64,000 nt of DNA, taken from contig NC_068999.1 of NCBI RefSeq assembly GCF_001194135.2, positions 39,236,660-39,300,659 on the forward strand, in the 5' to 3' direction. The notes below the pieces were generated by a model, which saw only the letters and a program-made list of their open reading frames with translations, was not told the origin of the DNA and did no database searches. The translations under genes and the position numbers were made by a program. This DNA comes from Octopus bimaculoides (taxonomy: Eukaryota). Below, one piece after another: positions 50,670-64,000 of this stretch; position 1 is the stretch's first letter, and every line of letters begins with the position of its first letter.

Positions 50670-50702
50670 TGTCGACCGGTTTCGCTTTCTCTAATCATGA
50701 CA
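50670..50702 (-). ncRNA. Decayed minimal type I hammerhead-like motif
   Basis: Minus strand TGTC-ATGATTA-GAGAAAGC-GAAAC-CG-GTC-GACA; three substitutions away from TGTC-CTGATGA-GCGAAAGC-GAAAC-CG-GTC-GACA. Confidence 0.45.
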
Positions 50703-51710
50703 TTATAATTATTGTATTTTTTTATTTTCTAAAGAGTTTAGTCCAAAGTGTGTGCATTTTCTATCTTTTATTTTATATATATCTATATATTTGTTTTACA
50801 TATGTATATATATATATATNNNNNNNNNNNNNNNNNNNNNNNNNNNNNNNNNNNNNNNNNNNNNNNNNNNNNNNNNNNNNNNNNNNNNNNNNNNNNNNNN
50901 NNNNNNNNNNNNNNNNNNNNNNNNNNNNNNNNNNNNNNNNNNNNNNNNNNNNNNNNNNNNNNNNNNNNNNNNNNNNNNNNNNNNNNNNNNNNNNNNNNNN
51001 NNNNNNNNNNNNNNNNNNNNNNNNNNNNNNNNNNNNNNNNNNNNNNNNNNNNNNNNNNNNNNNNNNNNNNNNNNNNNNNNNNNNNNNNNNNNNNNNNNNN
51101 NNNNNNNNNNNNNNNNNNNNNNNNNNNNNNNNNNNNNNNNNNNNNNNNNNNNNNNNNNNNNNNNNNNNNNNNNNNNNNNNNNNNNNNNNNNNNNNNNNNN
51201 NNNNNNNNNNNNNNNNNNNNNNNNNNNNNNNTGTGTGTGTGTGTGTGTGTGTTGGCTTCAAATATCTTGCCGAGGGGTTTGAACATAAGACAGACGAAAT
51301 GCTGTTCAAAAGTTTTCCTGGCGTAGTTACGATAATGGTGGCTAAACACCTTAGTTTTATATTATCTTGTAACTTAATTATTCAGTCATTTCGCAAATCA
51401 ACAATTGGTTTATAATAGGTTTAAGACATTATATGTCCCTCTGCGAAACACGATGGCTTTTGTCGTATACACGTTGCGATTCCTCTTTGTGTTTGTAAAT
51501 ACAAACCTCTCTCACACCATCAAGCGCACGTTTATTTTAATATATAATCTTCAAGTTACATAACATATGACTCAGAAAATGCATGATTACTAGCATTTGT
51601 TCATATCTTTAATGTTCAAATACTTCATTTGTAAAACTCTATTTGTCTTAATTATTCAGGTCTTTCAAAATTAATGACAGGCATTAAAACCTGGTTAATT
51701 AATTATTTTT

Positions 51711-51749
<39 letters not shown>

Positions 51750-51854
51750 TTCTTCTTCTTCTTCTTCTTCTTCTTCTTCTTCTTCTTCTTCTTCTTCTTC
51801 TTCTTCTTCTTCTTCTTCTTCTTCTTCTTCTTCTTCTTCTTCTTCTTCTTCTTC
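51711..51854. repeat. (CAT)n followed by (CTT)n compound microsatellite
   Basis: Directly visible. Confidence 0.97.
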
Positions 51855-51979
51855 ACTCACATCAATTTTTCTTCATCGTTTTTTCCCCATAAATTTCCAC
51901 ATAGTCATAATTTCAAAACTTGCGACAAGTCTCCATACAAACTAAAAGTTTCTCTCACGTACAAACTCATATATATACA

Positions 51980-51980
<1 letters not shown>

Positions 51981-52042
<62 letters not shown>

Positions 52043-52121
52043 TTATCTATCTATCTATGTACCTACCTACCTACCTACCTACCTACCTACCTACCTACCT
52101 ACCTACCTACCTACCTACCTA
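51981..52121. repeat. (TATC)n followed by (TACC)n compound microsatellite
   Basis: Directly visible. Confidence 0.96.
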
Positions 52122-52486
52122 TGTCCCTACGTAGTCAGTTCTGCATCGTGGAAAAATAAAAACTAAATACCACCTACAGGATCACTACATGTTTGAAATG
52201 GAATAAGATCGCAGTAAGAAATGGAGATCCTTCGGAGTATTCTTTGTACGTTTAAATCCAAAAATCTAATCCACCGATGCAAATGCATCGCCTTCGAAAA
52301 CATTTACACAAATGTAACAATAGTTATATACCCTCACACGGACAGAACTGCCTAAGCATGTAACTATATAAATTATATACATCATATATCATACATGGAC
52401 ATTCACATATATTGTCTTTCAGTCTTTTCTCTGTACAATGCATTTTCGTACAGGTATTCATGCTGGCGTACATACATACCTATGCA

Positions 52487-52554
<68 letters not shown>

Positions 52555-52816
52555 CATATGTATATATATACACACACACATGTATTTAAACATTATACCA
52601 GTCTACATATAGACATATATGTTCTTCTTTCTACGTTCATATATATATATATATATATATATATAATTGTATGTATATATGTATGTATCTTTGTTTATAT
52701 ATGCATGTATATATATTCATGGCAGTTGTGTATATACCAATAAAGCATGCATACACCAATATAAGAAAATAAACGCATAGGCACATACATATAGCGTATA
52801 CGTTTACACACACACA

Positions 52817-52861
<45 letters not shown>

Positions 52862-54273
52862 CTATGTACGTTGAAGTCTATATTCTTTTTATAATGTCCG
52901 CTATAATCTATCTAGGTAACCGCATCCGTTAATGTTGTCTACCTTTGATGTTTCTAGAATAGGAAAAAAACTTTTTATTTTTAAAGTTATATATTATTCT
53001 CGTATGTGATATTAGTATGAATTTATGTATGACANNNNNNNNNNNNNNNNNNNNNNNNNNNNNNNNNNNNNNNNNNNNNNNNNNNNNNNNNNNNNNNNNN
53101 NNNNNNNNNNNNNNNNNNNNNNNNNNNNNNNNNNNNNNNNNNNNNNNNNNNNNNNNNNNNNNNNNNNNNNNNNNNNNNNNNNNNNNNNNNNNNNNNNNNN
53201 NNNNNNNNNNNNNNNNNNNNNNNNNNNNNNNNNNNNNNNNNNNNNNNNNNNNNNNNNNNNNNNNNNNNNNNNNNNNNNNNNNNNNNNNNNNNNNNNNNNN
53301 NNNNNNNNNNNNNNNNNNNNNNNNNNNNNNNNNNNNNNNNNNNNNNNNNNNNNNNNNNNNNNNNNNNNNNNNNNNNNNNNNNNNNNNNNNNNNNNNNNNN
53401 NNNNNNNNNNNNNNNNNNNNNNNNNNNNNNNNNNNNNNNNNNNNNNNNNNNNNNNNNNNNNNNNNNNNNNNNNNNTATATATATATATATATTTATTTAT
53501 ATATTTAAATATGTATGTACGTATACGCATGGTAAAATTTATACATATATGCATGTTTGTATATGTGCGAATTTCTATCTCAAAATATGCGTGTATATAG
53601 ATATATATCTATGTATTATATACACATATATGTATATGTATGTGTCTCTTTATAATTGTATGTTTAGTTATATAAGTTAGTGCGTTTAATGTTGTATATA
53701 TGCATACCTACAAAGATACATAGGTGTATGTATGTGCGTTGGTGTGTACGTGTGTTTGCACGCCTGCGCAAAGGAGTGTACGTATCATTACATACCTTCG
53801 CAACACTACAAAACAACCTGATAATATAGAAAAACATAGTTTATTCTTAAATAATTTATGCAGATAGTGCTTCCTGAAATGAATTGTGGTGAGATGTACA
53901 GCAACTAAAACATAACAGAAGACAAATAAGGAGAGGAAACCTGGAGACTAGTTTCTCGCATAGCATTTTGCGATAAAATGGGAAAAGCACGAAAGAAATA
54001 TATTTAGAATATTTAATGTACAACCTAATGTGTGCGAGTGTGTGTGATATATATATATATGTTTATATGTGTGTGTGTATGTCTGAGTTCACATACACGC
54101 ACGCACACACACATATATAACAAATACATATACATGTATACATATATATATATGTATATATATATTTATTATATGTGTGTGTCTGCGTTTGTGTATGTGC
54201 ACATATACACACGCAGACACACACACATGTTATAAATAATATATATGTATATATGGCTGAAACACATAAATAA

Positions 54274-54314
<41 letters not shown>

Positions 54315-54820
54315 CATGAGCACACATCTATAATACGTATGGCCAAATCTTTCAACTCGTTTCATATATACAGACACCAAACACACACACTGACACATAC
54401 ACAGACGTACACACGCGCGCACACACACACACATACACACACACACATATATATGTACCCATGCGCATGTCTGTTTGCATGTATCCATATGGAGCCTCAC
54501 ACACTCACACACACACACACACACACGTGATGATGATCAAATCTGATTCAAGGCTTTATAAATCATTTAGGTGTTTCAGCATTATTCCGAAATGATTACA
54601 TAATAGTAATAGAAATATTATGTGCTCCTTTACTTACATCATCAGCGTCTGGAAATAAATATAAGTTTCTGTTAAAGCTCCAAATGTCTCCGTTTTCCCT
54701 TGTTATGCCTGTTATGAACGTCATCACATGCCGCATGAAATACGAAAGAAGGGAGAAGGCCTCATATCGTGGATGTAAGAAACAATTCCACCCCTCTTTC
54801 AAAACCAAATATGTGCGACC

Positions 54821-54873
54821 AGAGAGAGAGAGAAAGAGGGAGAGAGAGAGAGAGAGAAAGAGAGAGGGAGAGA

Positions 54874-54949
<76 letters not shown>
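54821..54949. repeat. (AG)n microsatellite
   Basis: Directly visible, with a few interruptions. Confidence 0.97.
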
Positions 54950-54953
<4 letters not shown>

Positions 54954-55083
54954 GGGAAGGAGACGTAAATGAGGGCAGCAATGTCGAACTCCCACCTTCA
55001 CCAAAAGTTAATCCCATAAGATTGCCTTTTAAACTCTACAATGGCCACAGTATATTTACAGTAGCACTGTGGTTTTTGACCAA

Positions 55084-55167
55084 CTCTGATTGCGAATAAA
55101 TCGTGGTTTATATATAGAGGGAGATAGATATAGATATATATAAAGCACGATTTATTCGTAATCGGAG
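55084..55167. repeat. 33-bp inverted repeat with 18-nt spacer
   Basis: Arms 55084-55116 and 55135-55167 differ at 3 positions. Confidence 0.92.
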
Positions 55168-55650
55168 GTGTTCGTAAACCGAGGCCCTACTGCTTGTGTG
55201 TGTGTGTGTGTGTGTGTTTGTGTATGTGTGTTCGCGTGTGTGTAGAAATTTCTTGTTTCTGTACTGAAAATATGTCAGAAAAATAATCTTGCATCAGATG
55301 AAAACATGAAACACTAAGAAATACTAGAATTCTTTAAATTTGTTTCATCCTAGAGAAATGTTGATCACTTCAGAAAATGTCTGCAGAAATCTGTGAAGTC
55401 AATTTTCTCTTACTTTGTTTCAAGGAAACTGATCTTCTTGTATGTATTTGGAAGTTTGTCAGTAAAATATGGTTTGTGAAATGAAAATGTAAGAATAAAA
55501 AGCAGCAAAATGTTGCTGAGACAAATGTTGCAAAGAAGACATTTGTTAAAAGAGAATTGGCTATTATGTCCAGACACACACATACGCACACCCATATACA
55601 TTGTTATGTTACCATATATATATATACCTACATACATACTCGTATGTGTT

Positions 55651-55704
<54 letters not shown>

Positions 55705-56045
55705 TATGGCTAATATTAATTTTAGAATTATATGTGAAAGAAATATTAAAAACAAAAGAACATTGTGTGATATTGAGACAATAGGAAAAACTATGACAAA
55801 TTTATTATAAAATTCGTTTAGCATATGAATATAAAGTTCTCCTTACGGTTTGTAGCCGAATAATGTCACAGGCTACAGTCACATTCATACATACGTACAT
55901 GCACGCATTTATACACATACATGCATAAATACAAACATGCACACGCATTCACACACACGCACACACATACACACACATGTATACAAACACACATACCCAT
56001 ATGAAATTCGATAAATCACAATAATGTATATCTTTCTTTTCTTTC

Positions 56046-56250
56046 CTTTACTTATACATGTCATTTGGTTGCAGTTGTGTGGGAGCACCATTTTGAGGGG
56101 TTATAATCGAACAAATCGACCCCATGAATTATTTTAAAACCTGCTACTCTATCAGTTTCTTTAGCTGAACCGCTAAGGTATGGAGGCGTAAATGCAACAT
56201 TAGTTGTCATGTCATCATGGGAGGGGGGACAAACACAGACACAAAGACAC
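56046..56250 (-). mobile_element. SINE family A, 3' portion
   Basis: TCATTTGGTTGCAG...GGAGCACC...TCGAACAAATCGACCCC...GAACCGCTAAG...GGGGGGACAAACACAGACAC. Confidence 0.82.
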
Positions 56251-56557
56251 TCATACACACTCACATGCAATCATTGTGTTTTCAAAAGAGAGTGATGCTG
56301 TGGGTCGATAAAATCTTCTTGGTGTCATATTACCTAGAAATGTGATAAAATTCACATAATCTCAATATCGTGTGTTAAACAAATAATCTTTTTTCCAGGT
56401 TTGTGTATAGAAATTGTCCTGTGATATCCTTAATATCTACGGTAATATTGTTAATATTGTCCTCATTCCTGGAATATTCTAGGCAGAAAGTTTCTAATTA
56501 TATCCAACGACTGAGCATTTCAGAATGTTCTCGGCAAACCAGAAAATCTTCATGATA

Positions 56558-56586
56558 TAACCCTAACCCTAACCCTAACCCTAACC
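56558..56586. repeat. Interstitial (TAACCC)n telomere-type repeat, ~4.8 units
   Basis: TAACCC x4 + TAACC; reverse complement is the metazoan (TTAGGG)n repeat. Confidence 0.9.
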
Positions 56587-57520
56587 ACAATCTATTTTAG
56601 TGTAATTCCTTCCCCAAAAAATCTAGATGCTAAACAACTCATCACTAGTTTTCCTATACTCCCATTCGTTAGCCCCAAAATCTAGTATTATAATTATCAC
56701 ATTCATATGCGACTCAGTAATGACAGTGATCGTGGTCCCCAAATCTAGAGTCATTTATTATCGAATGACTGGTTATTGAAGGATAGACATTTGCTATATC
56801 TGCATGCCTCATTGTAGAAATTTCCTCACTTTCATCTCGGGATATCCTTCTTGTTGGTCTAAAGAGACATCACAGAATGGATTAATAGAGAAAAAAAGAC
56901 TTTTTTTTCTATGAAACTAATTAAAAACAAATCCTTTTCTAAATATAAATCACTCAGGCTTTGGTGGGTTAATTATGTACACACAGATAAACTCATATTT
57001 TAATAATGTTGTTTATGTGTTATAAAAGCAAACCTTCGTATCAGCCATCATACACAAACAACTTTGTCTTTGCACATGACAGTGTGTCTTCAAGTAAAGA
57101 AGAACTATAAGACTTTTCTTTCAAACAAAGTACTTCGTCTTACACAACAATCAATGTTAGTGTAAAGGAAGCTTTATAGTAGCATAATCTCTTTAATAAA
57201 TCTTTCGGTCTTTCTATGAATATGTATCTATATGTATATATATTATATATTGCAGACATACACACGCATTCGCACACATACACATAACACACATACACAC
57301 AACACACATACGCATACATATATATGTATATGTATGTGTATATTCTTCTCTTTGAGAAATTATCGATGAATACAAGTTTATATCATTGGTTCCTACCTGC
57401 GTCTCATGATCATGCTTTGGAATATTTTGCTTAGTATTTTCCAAGTTCAATTCAGTGCTAAAACGCGAAAGATCATTCGGCAACTCTTCATTGCATGGTG
57501 TTTCAGGAAATCGTAAAATA

Positions 57521-57881
57521 TAACAAGAGAACTCAGAGAGCGCTAACATCTTCCAAAGTAACACTAAATTCTTCTCCTCTCAACGATTAGCCGGAGATGA
57601 TTTTTAAGATGATAATATCTGAAATAAACACTACTGCAGTCACAAACAGGAATACTAAAAATGAATCGGACTGTTCTCAAATAATAAGTAAAAAAAAAAT
57701 ACGGAAGAATAATCCAAAATCCTTATCCAGTACCGGTTCGATCCGAAAATCTAATCAGTCGAACATCCCAGAAAGTTTCATTCGAATCCTTCCAGCAAAT
57801 CTTGAGATATCTTGTCCACGGACAAACAAACGAACAAACACGACTGAAACAATACGTCCGCCTACGCTAAGGCGGAGATAA
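57521..57881 (-). mobile_element. Non-autonomous DINE-1/HINE-like (Helentron-type) element
   Basis: Read on minus: terminal TTATCTCCGCC-TTAGCGTA-GGCGGA hairpin, then a GTTT/GTCC microsatellite, then GATATCTC...GATTCGAATGAAACTTT; this order matches DINE-1/HINE architecture. Other end TAACAAGAGAACTCAGAGAGCGC on + at 57521 is placed from recalled family sequence. Confidence 0.6.
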
Positions 57882-58049
57882 CTAGCAATAGTGTTTGCTT
57901 AAACACTATATTGAAGCAGACTGAACGGTGATAATCTATATGGAGCTTTAAACTTAACAGTGTCAGCTTTACTTACATACGTTAATAGATACATATATAT
58001 GCAAACATATATACGTATACACACGCACGCACACAAACACGTACACAAA

Positions 58050-58103
<54 letters not shown>

Positions 58104-58195
58104 NNNNNNNNNNNNNNNNNNNNNNNNNNNNNNNNNNNNNNNNNNNNNNNNNNNNNNNNNNNNNNNNNNNNNNNNNNNNNNNNNNNNNNNNNNNN

Positions 58196-58284
<89 letters not shown>

Positions 58285-58818
58285 GATGTTTCGCCCACAA
58301 TGGAAAATGTCTATAATGGTATCTTGATGCATTATACAGAGCCAAATCAGTTTTATGAAACCTGAATATTAAATAGCATTTTGGGTGAAATATCGAGATT
58401 CCAGTCTATATATGCGCAGACAATTTCATAGTGGAATGGTCAGATGAAACTATATCAGAGTCTGTAAACAGAATGTGTCTACAGGATAAAGACACCGTCT
58501 GTAATGGGAATGGGAAATGCAGAAGAATAGCAGAGGTGAGCAGAGGTCAGTAATATGTTTTCATGTGAAAAATAGAACTATGGATTCTTGCCAAATTTAG
58601 AAAATGAGTTTCAGGTGTAAGAAAGTGATGGCACCGATGCTGTCTTTCCGCTTTTTTCACTTTCATTTCCTATTTTTCTATATCTTCTATTTCTGTAATT
58701 GCTAGAGATTAATTGCAACCAGTCATGTACATTGCATATACACAAAAACACAGACATTTATATACATACATGCATACAAACACATACAATCACACATAAA
58801 CACCCACATACACACATA

Positions 58819-59160
58819 TTGGGTCATCTCATAAATAATGCGGTTTCTTTATACTTCTTTTATTTTTCAAAATTAAGATAAACAAATTTCTTTTTTAAAC
58901 TAAAATATACACTTCTTTATTTTCTACAATGCTCTTCCAACAACTATCAGGCAGACTTGTAAGATCTTTCTTCCAAATTCCACTTGTCCTTGACGAAAAT
59001 TACTCCTCCAATACAGTTCTCAACTCGTCTACAGAATTCATATTTTTTTCCCTCCAAATGATTCTGAAGACTGCGAAATAAATTATAATGAGATGGGGAA
59101 CTGTCCAGCGAATATGGTGGGTGGAACATCTATTTCCTTCCATTACTAATTCATTCTTCA
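58819..59160 (-). mobile_element. Mariner (DD34D) 3' fragment with terminal inverted repeat
   Basis: Minus strand HPPYSLDSSPSHYNLFRSLQNHLEGKK (like HPPYSPDLAPSDYHLF, third catalytic D lost). End reads TA|TTGGGTCATCTCATAAATAATGCGG on + (58817 onward), a typical mariner TIR with TA target site. Confidence 0.9.
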
Positions 59161-59760
59161 TGGTCGCTTAGCCCTTGCAATTGCTATTACCTGACCTTCA
59201 AGAGTTTACTGGTCATTCAGTTGACGAACTTACCTTACATGTTCATATACATCGTTCTATATAGATCTACATATATACACACCGATATATATATATATAT
59301 ANNNNNNNNNNNNNNNNNNNNNNNNNNNNNNNNNNNNNNNNNNNNNNNNNNNNNNNNNNNNNNNNNNNNNNNNNNNNNNNNNNNNNNNNNNNNNNNNNNN
59401 NNNNNNNNNNNNNNNNNNNNNNNNNNNNNNNNNNNNNNNNNNNNNNNNNNNNNNNNNNNNNNNNNNNNNNNNNNNNNNNNNNNNNNNNNNNNNNNNNNNN
59501 NNNNNNNNNNNNNNNNNNNNNNNNNNNNNNNNNNNNNNNNNNNNNNNNNNNNNNNNNNNNNNNNNNNNNNNNNNNNNNNNNNNNNNNNNNNNNNNNNNNN
59601 NNNNNNNNNNNNNNNNNNNNNNNNNNNNNNNNNNNNNNNNNNNNNNNNNNNNNNNNNNNNNNNNNNNNNNNNNNNNNNNNNNNNNNNNNNNNNNNNNNNN
59701 NNNNNNNNNNNNNNNNNNNNNNNNNNNNNNNNNNNNNNNNNNNNNNNNNNNNNNNNNNNN

Positions 59761-59792
<32 letters not shown>

Positions 59793-60401
59793 ACAGTGGG
59801 AGAGAGAGATAAGTATATACGTGTATATATATATTTATATATATATATACTTGTAGACAAATGTGATATTAAAAACGTAGAAATTAAAAATAATATTTTA
59901 GCCACTCTCTTTTTGCGTGCGTAATGTTCATACAGACATTCCTTCTGATTGATCAAGATAACATGATATACAATGTATTCTAGAAAATAAATGTGCGTTA
60001 ATAACGCTATCATATTTTGTTGAGACCAGTAATGACATGTTACACCTCATGACAATCATAGGGATCTATTCGCCTATGAATCATGTAAATCACAATGTAA
60101 ATCATTCTTGCGAAGTATCTAATATTACATCAGTAACAAGATCAACGTGGAAATGGTTTCCCTAATTTGCATAACATTTGGGGCGTTGGCGAATTAAATT
60201 AAGACGCAAAATTCTCTTGTTGCAAACGAATTCTTTTTGATAAAAAGTCTCGAAGCATCCTTTTATTAGAAATAAATGATCTCAGAGGAAAGCTACACAC
60301 CTGATTTTATCTGATAAGTCTCCTTATCATATAACCGAGGAGTATTGCTTAATATCTTCTCATTCACGTGCACATCCATGCATACACACGTACATATATA
60401 C

Positions 60402-60444
<43 letters not shown>

Positions 60445-60567
60445 CGCGTGTGTGTATGTATATGCATAGATAGATATAGCATATATATATATGTATATAT
60501 ATGTATGTATGTGTGTGTGTATGTGCGTGTGTGCATTCATCTATATATGTGTGTGTGTATGCATATG

Positions 60568-60603
<36 letters not shown>

Positions 60604-61701
60604 GTGTGTGCATGTGTGTATGTATACATATACAATCACACAGACGCACGTAAATGGAGCTTATATTCAGATGTGAAGAAGGGTGATGAACATTTTTAAA
60701 AAGTAAAAAAATATATATATATTATACGAAAATATACCATTAAGAAAATACATTTGTGCTAAATTATTGCCGAAAACAAGAAGTTGCAAGTCAATTATTA
60801 TGTCCCACTGTACAGGGTAACTGAAGAAAAAAAAAGATTCTGTAGAAGATACGTGCAATACTTGTTACACGGCATAAACGTCGGGAAGAAAAAGAAAGTG
60901 TTAAATCGATAATGGAAAGCATAGATGGAAGTTGTGGCAACTGATAAGCTCCGATTCATTCGTGTAGGATGTCATGAACATAAAACAGAGAGCAAATTAT
61001 GTGACGTGCATATATCTATACTCACATACCTGTAATGTTTATACTAAAATGTATATGCATATATGAAAACAATCCCCTGATAAAATAAGCCTCACATATT
61101 ACAAAATAGTGGTGTAAGAAAAGAATTAATGAAAGTGCTGTAGGAATGATATCATTGAAATAGTTTTATGATTTGCGTTTGTTTCACATATACGCATTCA
61201 CACACGAGCATACGAATAGAAACATGCACACCTGAAGTACAAGCATCTCTTGTAATATAAGTAGAATATGAGAAAATATTCATCCGAAATGCGACAAGTA
61301 TCGTCACTGTTTTAAGCACTTTAGCGTCATGTACCTGTGATCATTAGTATCGCTACGTTTGTTGACGGCAAAATATGAAGTGGTTACAATCCTCTAGTTG
61401 TAGTCATAATATGAATGGATGTAAATTGTCCCTCCGATGATTTGGAATACAGCTATCAGCTATAACTTGTGTGAAAGTATTAAGGCTTCATTGTGTTGGG
61501 AATAAATACACACACTTTCATATACATTGAACATGTTCAGCTAGATCAGAGCAACCAAAGTATACGACTGGTATCATATGCATGTACGCACATTATTACT
61601 TGATGCGCAAGACATCCACCTACGTATGCAAGATTCTAGACAAATCGACACACACACACACACACACACACACACATTTATGGTTATTCATCTATCTCTT
61701 A

Positions 61702-61733
<32 letters not shown>

Positions 61734-61734
61734 G

Positions 61735-61787
<53 letters not shown>

Positions 61788-61790
61788 ATG

Positions 61791-61983
61791 TTTGTGTGTT
61801 TGTCTTTGTCTCACACCATCGATTGACATCCGATGTTGGTGTGTTTACGTCCCCATATCTTAGCGGTTTGGCAAAAGGTACCGATAGAATAAGTACTAGG
61901 ATTACAAAGAATAAGTCCTGGAGTCCGATTTTTACCACTAAAGACGGTGCTCCAGCATGGCAGTAGTCAAATGACTGAAGCAA

Positions 61984-61990
<7 letters not shown>
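61791..61990 (+). mobile_element. SINE family A, 3' portion (well preserved)
   Basis: CCGATGTTGGTGTGTTTACGTCCCC...TTAGCGGTTTGGCAAAAG...CCGATAGAATAAGTACTAGG...AAAGAATAAGTCCTGG...GGTGCTCCAGCATGGC...CAAATGACTGAA. Confidence 0.9.
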
Positions 61991-62029
<39 letters not shown>

Positions 62030-62990
62030 ATATATACATTTTAAAAAATATATATATATTTATATGCATATATATATATATATACACACACAATTTTACC
62101 GGTGAGTGTGTTAAATTATAAGGCGCAAAAAGAAAATTACTCTCTCCAGACACAATAGTATATATATATACATATATACATTTACTTCTATATGATTATA
62201 TTTATATATATGTGTGTATATGAAGAATACGCATACAAACACACACACACACACAAAGAAACATATATACATTTTTATATTTATGCGTATATATATATCT
62301 ATGTAGGTATAAAAATATGTATATTTATATGCTTATATTTATGTACATGGAGAAAGCACACACACACGCATACAGACATATATGTATGGATATATGCATG
62401 TATACGTGTGTAAATATTTATGCCTTCTATTATATTTCCCTAGGCATGTATGTATATTATGTATTACTTATCATAATAAATAGCGGTAAATCACCCTGAG
62501 GTCGTTGTTTCTGTTCGTATTTTAATAATATTTATTCAGTTTTGCGAATTTTTATGTCATTTTTGCGATACATTATGTGTACATTTAGTTATTAATGCTT
62601 AAATGTCTAAATTTTTGTGTCTCTTCAGTTTCTCTCTAACTCTCTCAGGCTCTCTCATTTTCTCTCTTTTTCGCATTATATATTTATATATATACATATA
62701 TATATAAAACACAGGCGAGGCACACAGACTCATACGACAATAAACGCGCATGTATATGATACTGACATAGATTTTTCTTAAAATTATATAAGTGTATGTT
62801 TGTGTGTCTACATCAGTGTGTATGTGTGGGGTGTGTGTGTGTGGAGGGGTGTTGTGTATGTGTGCGTGTGCGTGTATGCTTAAATAAATAAACGTGCATA
62901 TATGTAGACAGATATCTACGAAGACACATACATAATGATATGGCATATATGCATATATGATATGTGTGTGTATATGTATATGCATGTATG

Positions 62991-63077
<87 letters not shown>

Positions 63078-63962
63078 ATTATATATTTACATATATAATG
63101 CATAATATATTTTCTCTCTCTCTCTCTCTCTTTCACTCTCTCTGTGTATATGTGTGTGTGTGTGCGTGTGTTTATGTGCGTGTGTACGTTTAGGATATTT
63201 ATAAACTGAAAAAATATCAGGGATCTAAGATTGTGCACATGGATTACATCTCATATATAGCCTACTATTTTAGTTATATCCTACATATACTAATTCCACT
63301 ACTATACCATCCGCAATCCCCATCACCACCATTATCCACACCCTCAGCGCTCTGATTTTCCCCATCACCGATAACATGCGCATAATTCTCAGATTTCTCT
63401 CTCTGTATATATATATATATATATATATTCCTTCCAGGAGATCGTTCACCTTTTGTGTGATGCAATACACTAATCTTGGATGTTTTTCTCACAAGTCTTA
63501 CGTTTTTTTTCTTCTTTGCCTTTTCATTTGCTTTCTTTTTGTTGGAGAAGATTATTAAACTTGGAAAATAACTACAAGAACAAAAACAAGGACAATAACA
63601 ACTGGAAATAATAAACAAGAACAACATTACCCAGAACGGCAACAACAACAACAACAACAAAATAAGACAGCAACGGGAAGAAGAGCAAATAAAGTTGTTA
63701 AACACATATAATGCTATGTTTGCATGTATTTTGGCGTTATTCTTGCTTTTCTTGTCAGTTGCATTTTTTTTTATAACATCTTAACTTTACCTACGCTGTT
63801 TTCATTCCAATACTTTTGTCTCCTGAAGGAAACTTTTAAGACAGTGTTAAACAAAAAAGAACTAGATAAATGGTGGAAAAATAAGAATATATATATACAT
63901 ACATGACAGCAGCAACATAAGCATCTAAAACAATAGCAACAACAACAACTATTGTACAACTA

Positions 63963-64000
<38 letters not shown>

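Overview
AT-rich eukaryotic DNA dense in microsatellites, with 14 assembly gaps (N runs), most flanked by (TA)n or similar repeats as expected for a short-read assembly. The repeat content resembles octopus (cephalopod) genomic DNA; this is inferred from recalled SINE and mariner families, not from a search. I cannot identify any intact protein-coding gene, rRNA, tRNA gene or CRISPR array. Most ORFs in the supplied track are translations of microsatellites or N gaps. Supportable content: many decayed SINE copies from three families, three Tc1/mariner relics, a decayed hAT transposase, two probable LINE fragments, a Penelope-like terminus and a DINE-1/HINE-like element. The most interesting signals are (i) several separate hammerhead-ribozyme-like motifs of the minimal type I kind known from Penelope-like elements and retrozymes (42.6, 44.7 and 50.7 kb on the minus strand; a direct-plus-inverted triplet at 3.8-4.1 kb), each with at least one defect; (ii) a TA-flanked 749-bp element with ~147-bp terminal inverted repeats; (iii) a 187-bp spacerless palindrome with a near-perfect core; and (iv) a pre-miRNA-like 33-bp hairpin. 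Several candidate exons are given as low-confidence leads only.
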